From Squalus acanthias (taxonomy: Eukaryota): a DNA stretch of 64,000 bases. The DNA lies in NCBI GenBank assembly GCA_030390025.1, contig CM059432.1:23190001-23254000 (forward strand). Reading direction: 5' to 3'. This document shows positions 38,711-52,107 of the stretch, in pieces. Positions within the stretch are counted from its first letter, which is position 1, and every line of letters starts with the position of its first letter. The notes under the pieces are model-generated. The model did not search any database. It saw only the letters and a list, made by a program, of their open reading frames with translations, and was not told the origin of the DNA. The position numbers and the translations under genes are program-made.

Positions 38711-39148
38711 CATAAGAACATAAGAGCATAAGAATTCATAGCAGGAGTAAGGCCATACGGCCCTTCGAGCCTGCTCCACCATTCAATAGGATCATGGCTG
38801 ATCTTCAATCTCAACTCCACTTTCCCGCCCGATCCCTTGATTCCCCATGAGTCCAAAAATCTATCTATCTCAGCCTTGAATTTACTCAACGACTCAGCAT
38901 CCACAGCCTTTGGGGTAGAGAATTCCAAAGATTCACAACCCTCTGAGTGAAGAAATTCCTCCTCATCTCAGTCTTAAATGGCTGACCCCTTATCCTGAAA
39001 CTATGCCCCCTAGTTCTAGACTCTCCAGCCAGGGGAAACAACCTCTCAGCATCTACTCTGTCAATCCTCCTCAGAATCTTATATGTTTCAATGAGATCAT
39101 CTCTCATTCTTCTAAACTCCAGAGATTATAGGCCCAATCTATTCAATT
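38711..39148 (-). mobile_element. CR1 LINE 3' fragment, near-identical to 35940..36375
   Basis: MRDDLIETYKILRRIDRVDAERLFP..FFTQRVVNLWNSLP. Confidence 0.92.
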
Positions 39149-39616
39149 CATGCATGTCTTGGGAAGTTAGTCCTTATAACTATGACGCCAGTGCAAAGCC
39201 AAACGTCTACAGTAGTAGTGTAAATACACCCTTAATCCAACATTGATCAGCCACTCAAACTTTGGTTTTGAAATGCCATCTGACCCCTAAAATCCCATCT
39301 GTGTAAATTGGCTGCTGTGTTTGCCTATAACAGTAATAACACTTCAAAGGGCACTTTGGGAGGTCCTGAAAGATGCTACACAAATGCAAGTTCTTTCATT
39401 CTTCAAAAATAGATTATAACCTTATTTGGGAATATAAAAGAACATGGGATGCTGACCAATCCTGCTCCTTTCACAAACCATGTACAAGAGTGAACTCTAC
39501 CCTGCCCATTTCTCACTCCTAACTGTTCATTACTATATATAGAGAACGTAGTCCACCAGAAATGGTGAATTTATATCTTTTTTAATAATAATAATATTGT
39601 CTTTTCTTTTGTTTAG

Positions 39617-39652
39617 GGCCCTGCAGGAGAACATGGTGAAAGAGGCCATCCG
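39617..39652 (+). CDS. COL22A1: Collagen exon, 36 nt, GPAGEHGERGHP
   Basis: tttag|...|gtatga. Confidence 0.93.
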
Positions 39653-40151
39653 GTATGATAACAGTGATAGGAAACATTAAGTTAATTATAGTAATTAGAG
39701 TTGAAAGTTAAACAGTGCATAATAACAACAAGCAATGTATCTCTTTGTTAAACAATCATGTTCAAAGTTTAAAATCCAAGATTCAGTTGGATTGTCCAAT
39801 TTCCGCATGCCTTGCACTCCTCCAAAAGGCTGTTGATGCTGGGTCAATTGAGATCAATAGATTTTTGTTGGGTAAGGGTATCAAGTTATATGGTGCAGAT
39901 GGAGGTCAAATACCGATCAGTTGCAATGTGTCCATAAAAGTTTGCATCACAGAAGGGGCCATTTGGCCCATCTTGTCTGTGACTGCTCTTTGCTAGATAC
40001 AATGATGAACACACTCTCAGCAGACTGCGTCATGGTATTGATTGGCACTGCTTGCCTTCAGCAGGCAAAGCACTTTCTTATGCTGTAAACATAATGCAAA
40101 CTGGTTCCCAGTTGAGAGGAAAGCCACTCCTGCTCCTCCTGGCTCCACAAG

Positions 40152-41280
40152 GAACATAGGCATAGGAACGGGGTAGGCCATTCAGCCCCTCAGTATTGTT
40201 CCGTCATTCAGTTAGATCATGACTGATCGGTATTTGAACTCCATTTGCACCATATAACTTGATGGCCCTTAGCCAACAAAAATCTATTGATCTCAATTGA
40301 CCCAGCATCAACAGCCTTTTGGAGGAGTGTAAGATGTGCGGAAATCACCCCTTGCCCCGTCCAACAGTTTCCAAAGTTCAGACCCGTCAAACAGACAACA
40401 CAAAACCCAATGAATCTGTGAAACTTCTTTTACTTAAACATCAGCAACAGATTACATGTAAGCATCCAACAGTTATGTAGCGTATAACAATTCCCAATTA
40501 TACCTCAGCATACACAGAGCTATCCCTTTACTTTAAGCTCAAGCAAAACACCACATACAGACTAACACCAGCGACTGGTCAATCCGTATGATTTCTGGCA
40601 ACTGACCAGCTCGCCCGGCTACAGCCCTGAGTGTCTTGAAACAGCATCTTTTATACCCCAAAACCTGGCAACCCTCCCACTGCGTACGTGTCCCTAACTA
40701 TACGACATTAGTTCTTTTTCAGTTACTCTTATCAATAGTCTATTAAGCATCCGTGGGCTTCAAGGCCAGTTACATTCCATAGTCTGAAGATGTTTCTGTT
40801 TTTGCACTGATTCCACAGCTCAATAGTCTGTTCCCACAGAACTTTCAAAGTTTGTTTTCCTTATCTGTTGAAAGACAATTGGCAGCTTTCACAGCTTACA
40901 ACCATAACATCTCAGCAACCAGTTTCTTGGCCTCGCGAAGCATGATGGTATATAAAATGTGGTCAACTTTTAAGTTTGGTCAAGTTACAGAAACATTTAC
41001 AGCAAATAGTGTGTTCTTACAGGAGTGAGTTCCAGATTTCCACTATTCTTTGCGTGAAAAAGTGTTTCCTGATTTCAGTCCTAACTGGCCCAGCTCCTAT
41101 TTTAAGATGATGTCCTTTGTTCTGGATTCCCCCACCCGGGGAAATCATTTCCTTGTATCTACCCTATCGAATCCCTTTATCATTTTAAACACGTTGATTA
41201 GGTCACTTCTCAACCTTCTAAACTCAAGGGAATACAACCCAAGTTTATGTAACCTGTCCTTATAATTCAACTGTTTTAGC
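40152..41280 (-). mobile_element. CR1 3' fragment split by a solo LTR
   Basis: CR1 sequence reads through ...ACAGCCTTTTGGAGGAG [LTR] GGAGTGAGTTCCAGATTTC. Confidence 0.75.
40328..41021 (-). mobile_element. Solo LTR, 694 bp, 4-bp TSD GGAG
   Basis: TGTAAGA...TCTTACA ends, GGAG at 40324-40327 and 41022-41025, TATAAAA on the minus strand near 40650. Confidence 0.82.
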
Positions 41281-42483
41281 CCTGAAAGTAAAAAAAAAAG
41301 TATAAGAACATACCATTTTGGGCCTGACTCCTCTTCCCGCTAGGTTGGCCTGGCAGAAAAGCCACAACGGCTTCCCCTCACAGGCCTCTGGTTAAAATAG
41401 CAGTTAGGCCTTGATGACATCATCGAAGCCCGATCTGCATATTTAAAGAAGGACCCCGCCAGTGTCCTTCCTGCCTACTCAGAAGAGCAGGTTACAATCG
41501 GAATCTGCGAGAAGAGCCGAACCATGGCGGGTACGTCCACAGACAATTTTAGCTGCGGGCAGCGTTAAAATTACCCCTTTTGACTGGGTTGTCTAAATGC
41601 AAATGACATAAAAGTCTCCCCTCATAATTTTACATGATTTTGTTACACAAAGCATACAAAAGAAACATGCACAGACCAATACATCCCGCACTGAGCAATT
41701 TTCAGAGAGGCTTATTGCCTACTAAGGAAAGCTAAGGAGCCTCACCATCATTGGCATGTTGGCATTGCAATAAGTATTGTCACTGCAGCATCATGGACCA
41801 CCTCAATATACTTGTTTTTTTTACCTTGGTTACTAATTGCCTTGACAGTTTCATAGAATCATAGAAATTTACGGCACAGAAGGAGGCCATTCGGCCCGTC
41901 ATGTCTGTGCTGGTTTGTCAGTGTAACTGAGCCACATAGACCAGTGATGACCAGGGGGAAAACGCCTGTCCCGCTCCAGAACACTATGCAGCGATTCCTG
42001 CTGAAAAGTCTATGTGTGTGGCCATTGGATAAAGACAGGATCAGATTCGGCTGTGATGTCACCCATGGTTGGACCAAGACCCTTCGAGCCTGCTCCGCCA
42101 TTCAATAAGATCATGGCTGATCTTCAACCTGAACTCCACTTTCCCGCCCGAATAACCACTTGAGCATGGTACCAGAGGATGGCAGCACCCATGGAACCGT
42201 GCCCCAGCACAAGACAGCACCTTCAGCAGAAACGGGGAGGAATTTGGAAGGGAAAACTACCCAGCACAGCCTATTTACAAAATGTCTTGTTAAGCCCATT
42301 ACCTTGATGACACACACCTATATATATATATATATTTTTTTTTTTACTCTTAAGCTCTTTTTATGTGGAAGTTGTTTAAAGTTGCATTTGAATTCTCCCA
42401 GCAGTACTGTGTCAAAGTTATTACTTGAATTAGATGATTTTGCTGATTCTTTATGAAACTGAATTGATAATTTTACTTGCCAG

Positions 42484-42537
42484 GGTCCAAGAGGTTCATC
42501 TGGAACCACAGGCCAGCAAGGCCTCCCTGGAAATGAT
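42484..42537 (+). CDS. COL22A1: Collagen exon, 54 nt, GPRGSSGTTGQQGLPGND
   Basis: gccag|...|gtaagt. Confidence 0.94.
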
Positions 42538-44102
42538 GTAAGTCTTGCTGAAGAAATTCATAAGAATACTGTCACATCTGCATTTAAAAAATCCAGTAGC
42601 CTTAAGTTGTCACACACTAACCAACACTACAGACCCCATTGCAGTGAGATTCCATCCCTGATTAACTAACACAGAAGAAGGGAAGTCATAAGAAAAGCCA
42701 TCACAGCCTGCTCTCACACACTCCTTAGTGGCACTGATTGAGACCCGAGAATAGGTTAGTCTGTCGCTCTCTCTTCCAGTGGGTCGTGTCTGGCACAGGA
42801 AGATCCAAATGAAGCTAAGGGAAGGAAAAACATTTCAAATAAAGAAGTGCCCTGCTCTCAATGGGGACAATTCTGACTTTGGATGAAAGTGTAAAATGCA
42901 CAATACCAGCCCGGCCACCCACTGAAGTCGATGGAAACGAAAATCGGAAGAGATGTTTAACGGGTGGCCAAGCCAAAACTGCACATTTTACACTATCGGC
43001 AAAAGTCAAAAAGACTCCCAGTGTGTTATTTAACTATCAGCCTGCTTAGTAGGCTAACAATGTGAATGTGCTGACCTATTTATATATTGTTGGGAGAAGA
43101 TGGAAGAGAAAAGAATTTTGATTCACATAACTTATTGTTATCATCACCAATTAAATAACTAGCTAATTATTCCCCAAATGCCCCTTTCTGGTTTGGGGAA
43201 AGCAAATGCGAACTAGGATGGATAAAGAAGGATATTGTACATAAAGTATTGGTGCTCTTTTATTTTTACACTCAAGCTTGTTGGAGTCTTCCTTTATCCC
43301 TTCCCCCTCTTTATAATGCTGTTAAAGGTCATTGTAAAACTGAATATTTTGTGAAAGTAAACACGGTCTAAGCTTTTGAAGTAGAAAGTGTCACAGGGCA
43401 TTTTTCTCTTTAAAACAGTTCAAATATATTGGGCGTGCTTTTCATTATAGTACCTTCCTCAACCGTGTACTCCTAACTCACACTTGCTCTATCAATTGCC
43501 TAGCTAACTGCGTCTACTGCAATGGAAGGCATCTCATGGGATAAGGAGGGGGGAAAGTTAATTCAATGTTGCTGCTCCTGATTTCTATCTAGTGACGCTG
43601 CTTGAAAGTTTATCGGTTTGAGCACCAGTTGGAGATGGCACAGATTTGATTCCCTTTGCTGGTCGAATACCCTGTTGGCACTCAGAGTCTAGAACAATAA
43701 ATGAAAAAATGGACAGTTGGCAGCTGCCAGAGGGGTCCTGTGCCCATGGAGCTGTATCCCAGAATCGGTCTCCTTGAGGAGTCGGTGAAAAGGATACAAC
43801 AGTCGTCAATCTTAATGATTAACATACTTTAAAAAAAAAAGAGTGGTTGTAAAACTGATTGAAACATCATAAACTCTAATGTTCAACATTGCAGCATTCA
43901 ATTCAATTGCTCCTTTAGTTCTTTTTTTGCTAATGAAAACTATTTCTCATAACCCCAGCATGATATGCGTAACATACAGTCCACCAGGCAGACGGAGGTA
44001 CCCGCCTCCATCACCCCACCCCAACCCCCACCCCCACCTCTGAACCAGTTGTAATTTAGTCCTTCAAGATTTTCTGTCGGCTGCAACAATTTGGAATTGA
44101 AC

Positions 44103-44470
44103 GGGGTACGGTAGCATAGTGGTTACATTACTGGACTAGTAATCCAGATGCCTGGACTAATGATCCAGAGACATGAGCTCCAATCCCACCACGGCAGCTG
44201 GGGAATTTAAATTCAGGAAATTAAATAAATCTGGAATAGAAAGCTAGTATCATGAAACTACCGGATTGTCGTAAAAACCCATCTGGTTCACTAATGTCCT
44301 TTAGGGAAGGAAATCTGCCGTCCTTACCTGGTCTGACCTATATGTGACTCCAGACCCACAGCAATGTGGATGAATCTTAACTGCCCTCTGTAGTTCAAGA
44401 AGGCGGCTCACCACCACCTTCTCAAGGGCAGTTAGGGATGGGCAATAAATATCCCATGAACGAAAAAAAA
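44103..44470 (+). mobile_element. tRNA-derived SINE sharing its 3' tail with the 11352 LINE
   Basis: Head GGTAGCATAGTGGTTA; tail TTCAAGAAGGCGGCTCACCACCACCTTCTCAAGGGCA matches 11783-11819. Confidence 0.78.
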
Positions 44471-44542
44471 GAGATGTATCAAAGTATTCTTGGCAACTAA
44501 AGTGATTGTTACTTGTGAGGTGTTTTCTGCTTTGTTTTGCAG

Positions 44543-44587
44543 GGTTTACCAGGTCTTAGAGGGGAGCCAGGACCCCCAGGAGAGCCT
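44543..44587 (+). CDS. COL22A1: Collagen exon, 45 nt, GLPGLRGEPGPPGEP
   Basis: ttgcag|...|gtatgt. Confidence 0.94.
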
Positions 44588-45643
44588 GTATGTGAGCTTT
44601 TCTTCTTGTGCCATTATTACCTTTTCCAGAAACATTTTCCTTTTGCTCTCTCTCGTGCTCTTTACTTGCTTTTATCTAGTTGCATTTATTTTCAATTTTC
44701 CTCTCTTATGGCTGGTTGTTGTACGTTGAAATATTTTTTCTCAGCTTTTTTTCATCTTTATTTTAGTCAGTAGCTGTTATCACTTGCTATTTCTCACTTT
44801 TGTCTCCTTCACTACCTTTTATAATTCCTTGTTTCTCTCCCTTTTTTCTTCTTGAGCTCATTTTCCTCCACTTTGGCTTCCCAGAACTCTCACCATGTGG
44901 ATCAGAGGAAGTGTGATCTGTTCCAAGGTCTCTTTCACTGGTACTCTGTATGAGGGACCAAAGGATGACTTTCCCTCTGATTTCTTTAAATGGAAGCATA
45001 CCTCTCATGTGTCCCAATTTTAGAAATATATCCCAATTTTATAGGGCTATGTTGAAGATATCCTGGTGTTGCAATTTGGAATGCATCCAAATTTTGCCAT
45101 TGTAAAATATTTTGTTTTCTTGCTGCCATTTTCATCCCGAGTCTCCCTGCAAGATGGTGTCTGATGCCATTCAGATTGACCAACAGGCAGGCTAACCAAT
45201 GGTGGGCACAGAATCCTTGGAAATTCCTGCCCTACTCAGGCGTTTATGCTGCTGAGTGCCTGAACCTGTGGAAGATTCCATGCTGGCTGCGCATCCACAT
45301 ACATGCGGCTGTGGAGATTGGAGAGGCTCAGCAATTCAGTACAGGATTAAAGTAAAGATTAGGAGCTCAACAGAGTGGGAGATTGGACCCATAGCTCCCC
45401 ACATCCCCAATGAGACTACATTTCTGACTACCAACATGCCTCTTTTTCTTACCTTCTTCCCCGCTCTTTTAGCAACTTTATTTGTAGCATCTAGCCACCA
45501 AACTGAAGATGCTAACTTTACCATATTCGATTCCTGTATAAATTGATGCCAAAAAAGAAACAGAAAAAAAGAAGCATAACCATCATTGCATGTAAAATTA
45601 TTTTATTGATAAAAATAATACAATAGTATTTTCTGACCTACAG

Positions 45644-45691
45644 GCATCATTACCTCTTATTTCAAGGGGAGAGCTAGATACCAGGATTAAG
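45644..45691 (+). CDS. COL22A1: Non-collagenous interruption exon, 48 nt, ASLPLISRGELDTRIK
   Basis: ctgacctacag|...AAG|gtgagt; 16 aa, same size and position as the recalled human GLSSLLSPGDINLLAK segment. Confidence 0.82.
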
Positions 45692-48007
45692 GTGAGTGTT
45701 TTGGTGGCCTCATGTAAAATGGCCACAGGGGAGACAATGTAGGGAGGTTTAGAGCAGTAGGTGGTTGATCCAATGCTGGGGAAAACCCTCATGATGACTA
45801 TGCCATGTCTTATCATGAACTACCTGTAGCAGTCATTAGGGACAGAAAGAGAGACATTTAATTCCCTAATGCTGGCATCCCCTCGCATTAATGAGTCAGC
45901 ATCTCGTAAAAAATGATTACATTTTGTTCAGGAAAAAATACATCCAGGATTTGGTAAAGTTCTTGCTTTCTCTGCTATTCTGGAAAAAAAGTCCTGCAAG
46001 TTCTCCCATGCTTGCATTTTTCAATCACAATATTGAAAAATGTGCCGCTATATTCTTCCATTTACTATTGCAATTTTAGCTATTACTATTCCTATTCCTA
46101 TTATTTCACCTATTGCTACTGTTCTCAGTTATTGAACTGTTTTGCAATGATGTCACAGTGGTTGATTAAATATTACCCTAAGATTTATCCTGTAAGATTG
46201 TCTCCTGATCTTATTAATCGTAAGGTAATATGGAATGTCAATGACTCTGGCTTTATAATTGACTAATCAAGCATTATGTATGACATCATAAATTCTGGTG
46301 GTCAATAAACAGTTATGAATATTGCTAAAAGATGATTGTTTGCATTATTACGGTGAGTAATCTGCTGTCAGGTGAGGTGCTGATAATCTAATTTTCACAC
46401 CAGGCGGTTGTGAGTTGAAGTGCAAGTTAATCAACTGTGTTTTTAAAAAAAGGATGGGGATTTGGGTGGCTGTTCAGATTAAGAGTGGGGGGGGGGGGGG
46501 GCACCGTACTGTGCGTGAGTTATTATAATGAACTCTTGTCTATGGCTCCAATTGGAAATTGAAATAAGACTACTGTACTGATCACGCTGAAAAATGTAAG
46601 TAACACAGTGACCAGCATTTCTGATAATATGCTCCCAGTGGCCCAACAAGGTGTGTTACCTGTTCCACATACTTCCAAAACTGTAAAATATAGGAGTAAT
46701 ATTTAACACTCATTAGTTAAGGAAATAACTTGAATAGCAAGAGTTCACTGAATTTTCAGTACAGTTAATAAGTGTAAGTTAAGATGATTATACTTACAGA
46801 ATTTTTTATTGTGTAGTTTGGGCATTATCTCTGAACTGATGGGTTTCCTCCATTTTCCATAGACTTTTGATGAAGAGTAAATAGAGTAGGGTAGAGTTTC
46901 CGCTTTGGGCACAATTGGGAAATTGCAGCCAAATTGCACTTGAAATTGCGCTGGTTAGGTTATGCTTCAAGATCCCGCTAAAATTCATTTGCATAATCAC
47001 AAACGTAAAATCTTCTATGAACCAGTGCAATCAGGCAACGTAATAGAAAGTAGTTGCTTCTTTCCATTAAAAAGTATTCCTTGATATATTTAAGAGTGGT
47101 AACCTGGTGCAGTTTTATTAATCCAGCTGAAAATAGGTTTCTCACCAAAGATAAGCGTTTTTAATAAGGGTGTCTGTCCAGTCCTCCACTTGTGAGTAAT
47201 CTGATTTAAAATCACTGAAAATTACTTTAAAAAAAACTATAATGAACCATTTAATAATTTCATTGATGTACACTAGTCAGGTTCTTAGCAAATATTTTGA
47301 TATGAAAAACTTTTAAAACGTGCCTACTAGTGCCTGTGCGCCTCAGAAAACGAGCGCAATTTGAAGAGCCTTCCCGAACCAGCGTAAGCGGCGGAATCTC
47401 GCAATTACGACCTGGTGACGCGGCCAATATTGTGGGCGGGGCCTGATTTGGGAAAAGTGAATCTTGAACCAGCTGAAAACATGAGCGTAAGTGATTTGGG
47501 GTGTAATTCACCTATGTTTAAAATTCCCGATCTTTTGCGCTGGTTCGGCCAATTCTGCTCAGATTGTGCTGATATAACTAGCGTAAACTCGACCCTATGT
47601 GTTAAATGGCCTTGTAAGACACTGAAAAACACTCAACCTCTAGCACAACTCATCTCATGACTAGTGACAGACATGAACTAATTTTCCCTCTTCATCATAT
47701 GATTGTGACATAGGTGGGTAGATTTTCATTGTAACCACAATGGTAAGCCGAAGTTGTAAAGGTGGCCTATCATCAGAAGAGATCACTTTTTTTGATTCTA
47801 AACTACCCCATGTATTTTAGCGCTTGCTCCGCAATTCACAATTACTAAATTTAATCCCAGGTTTCCTGTTGCTCCTAGTTTGTCCTACTTTGTCCATTTT
47901 TTACAAGAACTCGAGTTGGAAGTGATGATCTTTATTTCTCTTCTGTTTTTGATTTCTTCCCACACCAGACACCAACAGATGACTAAGAGCTGCCCTAGTT
48001 TCTGTCC

Positions 48008-48412
48008 AACACTCTCACCTCTGAGTCAGAAGGTCGTGGGTCCAAGCCCAACTCCAGAAATGTAATCATGTAATCTGGGCTGACACTTCATTGTAATACT
48101 GAGGGAGCAGTGCACTGTCAGAGATGCCATCTTTCAGATGAGACCTTGAACCAAGGCTCCATCTACCCTTTCATGTGAATGTAAAAGATCCCATGACATT
48201 ATTTGAAGAAGAGTTTTTCCGGTGTCCTGGCCAATATTTATCCCTCAAGCAGCCTCACTAAAAAAATGTTTATGTCATTGCTATTTGTGGTACCTTAAAT
48301 GTGATGCCCCATTACCCTACATTACAACAGTGACTACACTTAAAAGGTACTTCATTGGCTGTAAAGCGCTTTGGGACATCCTGAGGTGGGGAAAGGTGCT
48401 ATATAAATGCAT
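48008..48412 (+). mobile_element. Deu-domain SINE copy
   Basis: Same family as 20308..20765. Confidence 0.7.
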
Positions 48413-49238
48413 ATTCACTGTTCTTGACCCAAGTGCTAGGTGTGCATTAGAGAGACACAATGGTTTCTTTTTTATTCCCTGCACAGAAGTAGCCAGCATC
48501 TGCTCTGTATATTCCCTCTATGTATTTCTAGTTTAGGGTTAGGGAGGCCTTCTGGATTTACAGTCTTTCAAACCTATTCTTTCAATTGCAGGACAATACA
48601 CCGTGTATGAGCTAAACCTAAATTATAGCACATGAGTAGCAGAATCATCCATGGGTGGAAGCCCAACCTGGAGCTCGTGTGGTGGCATTTTTTTTGAGAT
48701 TAGTTCCTTATTTGTGAACTTTGATTATGATTGGGATGCCACTTGAACAGCTGGTGAGGTTGGCAGTAGGTAGGAGTATCTTTCTGTCTGTATTTAGACC
48801 AGGGAGGTTTTTTTACAAATTTCTCTGCTAAAAAGTATACATCTAGACAACCATCTCTCTGATTGTCTCATTGTTGTTAGGCATGTTGATGCTGCATCAC
48901 TATTCTATCTCGCTCCATGGCCATCTGGCTTGCCCCAAAATTCAACCAAGTAGATTGCTTTGTATTTGTATTTGGCTAGGGAAGCTCATTAGACTTCCAT
49001 TGCCATCATTTGTTGTTTGGTTTCCTTCAGGGAGAAGCGTGGAATTATGGGATGAGGAATCCAAGGAGATTCTACATTCTTTATTACAAAATTAATCTGG
49101 AATTAATTTACCAGTGATCTCAAGTCTCAGTGGATTGGGAGCTACTGTTAAATTGGGCCATGCAAACTGGGTGGCTTCTTCCGTTCAATGGAACAATAAT
49201 AAATACTTTCTGAAGTCATTTTCATTTTGTTCTCTCAG

Positions 49239-49352
49239 GACTTGTGTACCAGCTGTCCAGCAGGTCCGCCTGGGCTACCAGGAGTACCAGGCTTCAAAGG
49301 AAGCAAGGGTCATCCAGGCCCCTCTGGGAAAGATGGAAAAGTTGGACAAAGG
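49239..49352 (+). CDS. COL22A1: Exon, 114 nt, DLCTSCPAGPPGLPGVPGFKGSKGHPGPSGKDGKVGQR
   Basis: ctcag|...|gtatgt; CxxC followed by ten triplets. Confidence 0.95.
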
Positions 49353-50066
49353 GTATGTGAACATAAAAGGCTTCATGAGCAAGATTAAATTCCTGACTAA
49401 TAAACTTAGCAAAAATAAACCTGTTCTAACCACTAAGTATTTATGTTGAAGTATAAACACTGACAGTACTGTATGTGGTGCTGGTTGTTAAGGTCTTTAA
49501 GGGCTTGGAGATGAGAAACCAAGACATATCCAGTATTGGGATTTTAAGTTATGAGGAAAGATTAAGGAAGTTATACTTGTTTTCTTTGGAAAGGGGGAGA
49601 AATCAAGGAGAATTAATTGATTTTGAGATTGACAAATTGTTCACTGTGGCAAAGGATTCAAATGCTAGGGGACACAACTTAAAATAAGAGAGTTAGAAGT
49701 AAGAAGGGATAGCAGACAGAATTTTTCCACAATGAATAATTGACTTGTGGAATAGAGTAAGGCCACATAAACAAATTCAAGAGGCAACAAGTTGCATTTC
49801 TCGATAGAGCATTGACTAAGGGACATGCTAAGAAGGTGACTAAGTGAGGTGGAGATCAGTCAGAAAGGAATGGAGTTGTTGAGCCAATTCCTAAAAATTC
49901 TATGGTTTATCACAGGAAGTACATCTGCCTGCACTACCTGACTTGTTATTAACCTTCTCAGGAGTATATTATCCTCCGTTCACTCATTTTAAAATAAATT
50001 GAGATGCTTTATACTCACAGCTATACCTTTGTTGTTTGACATTAATTAACTTTTCTTTTGCATTAG

Positions 50067-50120
50067 GGTGACCTAGGACCATCAGGGCCACCAGGACCAC
50101 AAGGACCACAAGGAATGGCG
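50067..50120 (+). CDS. COL22A1: Collagen exon, 54 nt, GDLGPSGPPGPQGPQGMA
   Basis: attag|...|gtaaga. Confidence 0.95.
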
Positions 50121-50818
50121 GTAAGAAAATACAACAGGAATTTCAGTATGTACCTCCCTGAATCAAAGATCCTGAAAGTATTGTTCCTTCCCTTCTTGAG
50201 AATGCCAGTAGTCCCTTGTCAGAGAAATAGACCCCAATATTACGCCCCTCCTCCTTGCCCAGGTGCAGTGTACCGGAAATATGTTCTGCTAATCCAGACC
50301 TTGCATGGCCCAGTGAGACCCCCAGCATAGGCCCACGCCCTGGCATGGCCTGAGAAGGCTGTGGCCCTGCCTGCTGGCTTCAGAGCTTTCTAGCTGATGC
50401 TGGAGAGCAGCAACCAGAAGGCTTTGTTGCACAAAATCAGCTTTTTTCTTCAATGAGAGATTGAGCACGTTCCTTCATGGTCCTCTTCACTTTGCTGCCA
50501 TGCCTCCTTGGTCCCTCTGGTTCTGGGAGGAAAAGGAGGTGGAAGAATCAGTAATATCCGTCCCACCTCATTAGCATTACTACAGTAGGCCTGTGCCTAT
50601 TGCAGAAATGCCAGGGCTGTGCAGAGTGAGCAGAGACCCAACATGATTTTAAGGAGCAACTTAAAAGGGGAAAGAGAGGTAGAGAGGCGGAGAGGTTTAG
50701 GGAAGGAATTCCAGAGCTAACAACATTAATCTTGATCCTTGTTCCCCCCATAAGTAGAATTGTTACTGCATTCAAACCAGCATCTAAGGCTCTGCTATTC
50801 TTCTATCCCATGTATTAG

Positions 50819-50872
50819 GGCAGCAAAGGAGACCGTGGTTTTCCTGGTTCATCTGGTGAAAAGGCCGAACAG
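50819..50872 (+). CDS. COL22A1: Collagen exon, 54 nt, GSKGDRGFPGSSGEKAEQ
   Basis: attag|...|gtaact; Ala at the last Gly position. Confidence 0.92.
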
Positions 50873-50987
50873 GTAACTTGTCATAGTAAATTGCCGATAG
50901 CAATATAATAATCAAGCAAATCATCTTTCTACCTTTATCCAAACTTTGTAACTAATGAAAACTAAGCTCCTTCCTTCTATAGCTGAG

Positions 50988-51241
50988 ATCCCTAATTGCC
51001 CCTGAGAAGATGGTGGTGAGCCGCCTTCTTGAACCGCTGCAGTCCGTGTGGTGACTCCCACAGTACTGTTAAGTTGGGAGTTCCAGGATTTTGACCCAGC
51101 GATGATGAAGGAACGGTGATATATTTCCAAGTCAGGATGGTGTGTGACTTGGAGGGGAACTTGCAGGTGGTGGTGTTCCCATGCACCTGCTGCCCTTGTC
51201 CTTCCAGGTGGTAGAGGTCACGGGTTTGGGAGGTGCTGTCA
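50988..51241 (-). mobile_element. CR1/L2-group LINE 3' end (same family as 11352)
   Basis: EIYHRSFIIAGSKSWNS..HGLQRFKKAAHHHLLRGN. Confidence 0.85.
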
Positions 51242-52053
51242 AATTAGTGGTACAATTGCTTGACTTTGTGATCCTATGGCCCACAATATTTTACTATACC
51301 ATCCTCAACATGGTCAGACTGTCGCCCTGACCCTATTTCATGGGGCAGTGACAGTTATGATAGGTTCACTACTCCAGGTGATGTAGAGGATAATGGGTTC
51401 AGAAATGCATTGATTTGGAAAGGTGAAAAAGGAAAATCTCGGGGATGTGGGTATAAGGGGGGAGTAGAATCATGCTTCTTTTGAAAAATTATGTTTGAGG
51501 TTGAGTGGCGGTGAAAAATTAGTATAAAATATTTTTTTAAGAGCCAACCTCACATCAGGGAAATACAGCAGCCACTGTTAATCACATGTTACTTTCTATG
51601 GTGTATTGTATGTCGATATTACAGTGGTTACCATCTTTAAATCCAGCTCTTTCATGTTATCGTGGTCAATAGCTTTTGAATGACATAGCAGAGCGAGCAA
51701 ATGAAGGAAATAGATATTCTGGGAGCTTAACAGATTCTTTGAATTACTGCTGACTCTTGCTTTTTTCAGTTTTAACACGGAGTATGGTTCAGTGGGTGAA
51801 TACATCATCCAGTGTGGTACAAATCCCTGGAAGATCATAGGTTTGTTCAGTTCTTGGTCTGTGCTGGGTCAGTGGATGCTGTGTTACTGTGTATCAGTGT
51901 CTCCAGGCTAAGGAATATTAAAAATCAGCCAAGTTTGCCTTTGCTGATCACCGTCAGTGATCCCTGCTGGTAGCGATCACGTACTCGTATTTGATGCATA
52001 AAGATATAGGTCTTTATTTTTCTTACTAAAGCATTTTGTTTGTTTTTTCCTAG

Positions 52054-52107
52054 GGTAGTCCAGGGCTGCCGGGTTATCCAGGACCACCTGGTAATCTAGG
52101 CCAACCT
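52054..52107 (+). CDS. COL22A1: Collagen exon, 54 nt, GSPGLPGYPGPPGNLGQP
   Basis: cctag|...|gtaagt. Confidence 0.95.

Noticed and set aside
49031..49115. Strong acceptor ttccttcag|GGA GAA GCG
   Set aside because: No Gly-X-Y continuation and no good donor before the stop; the 45644 exon already fills the expected slot.
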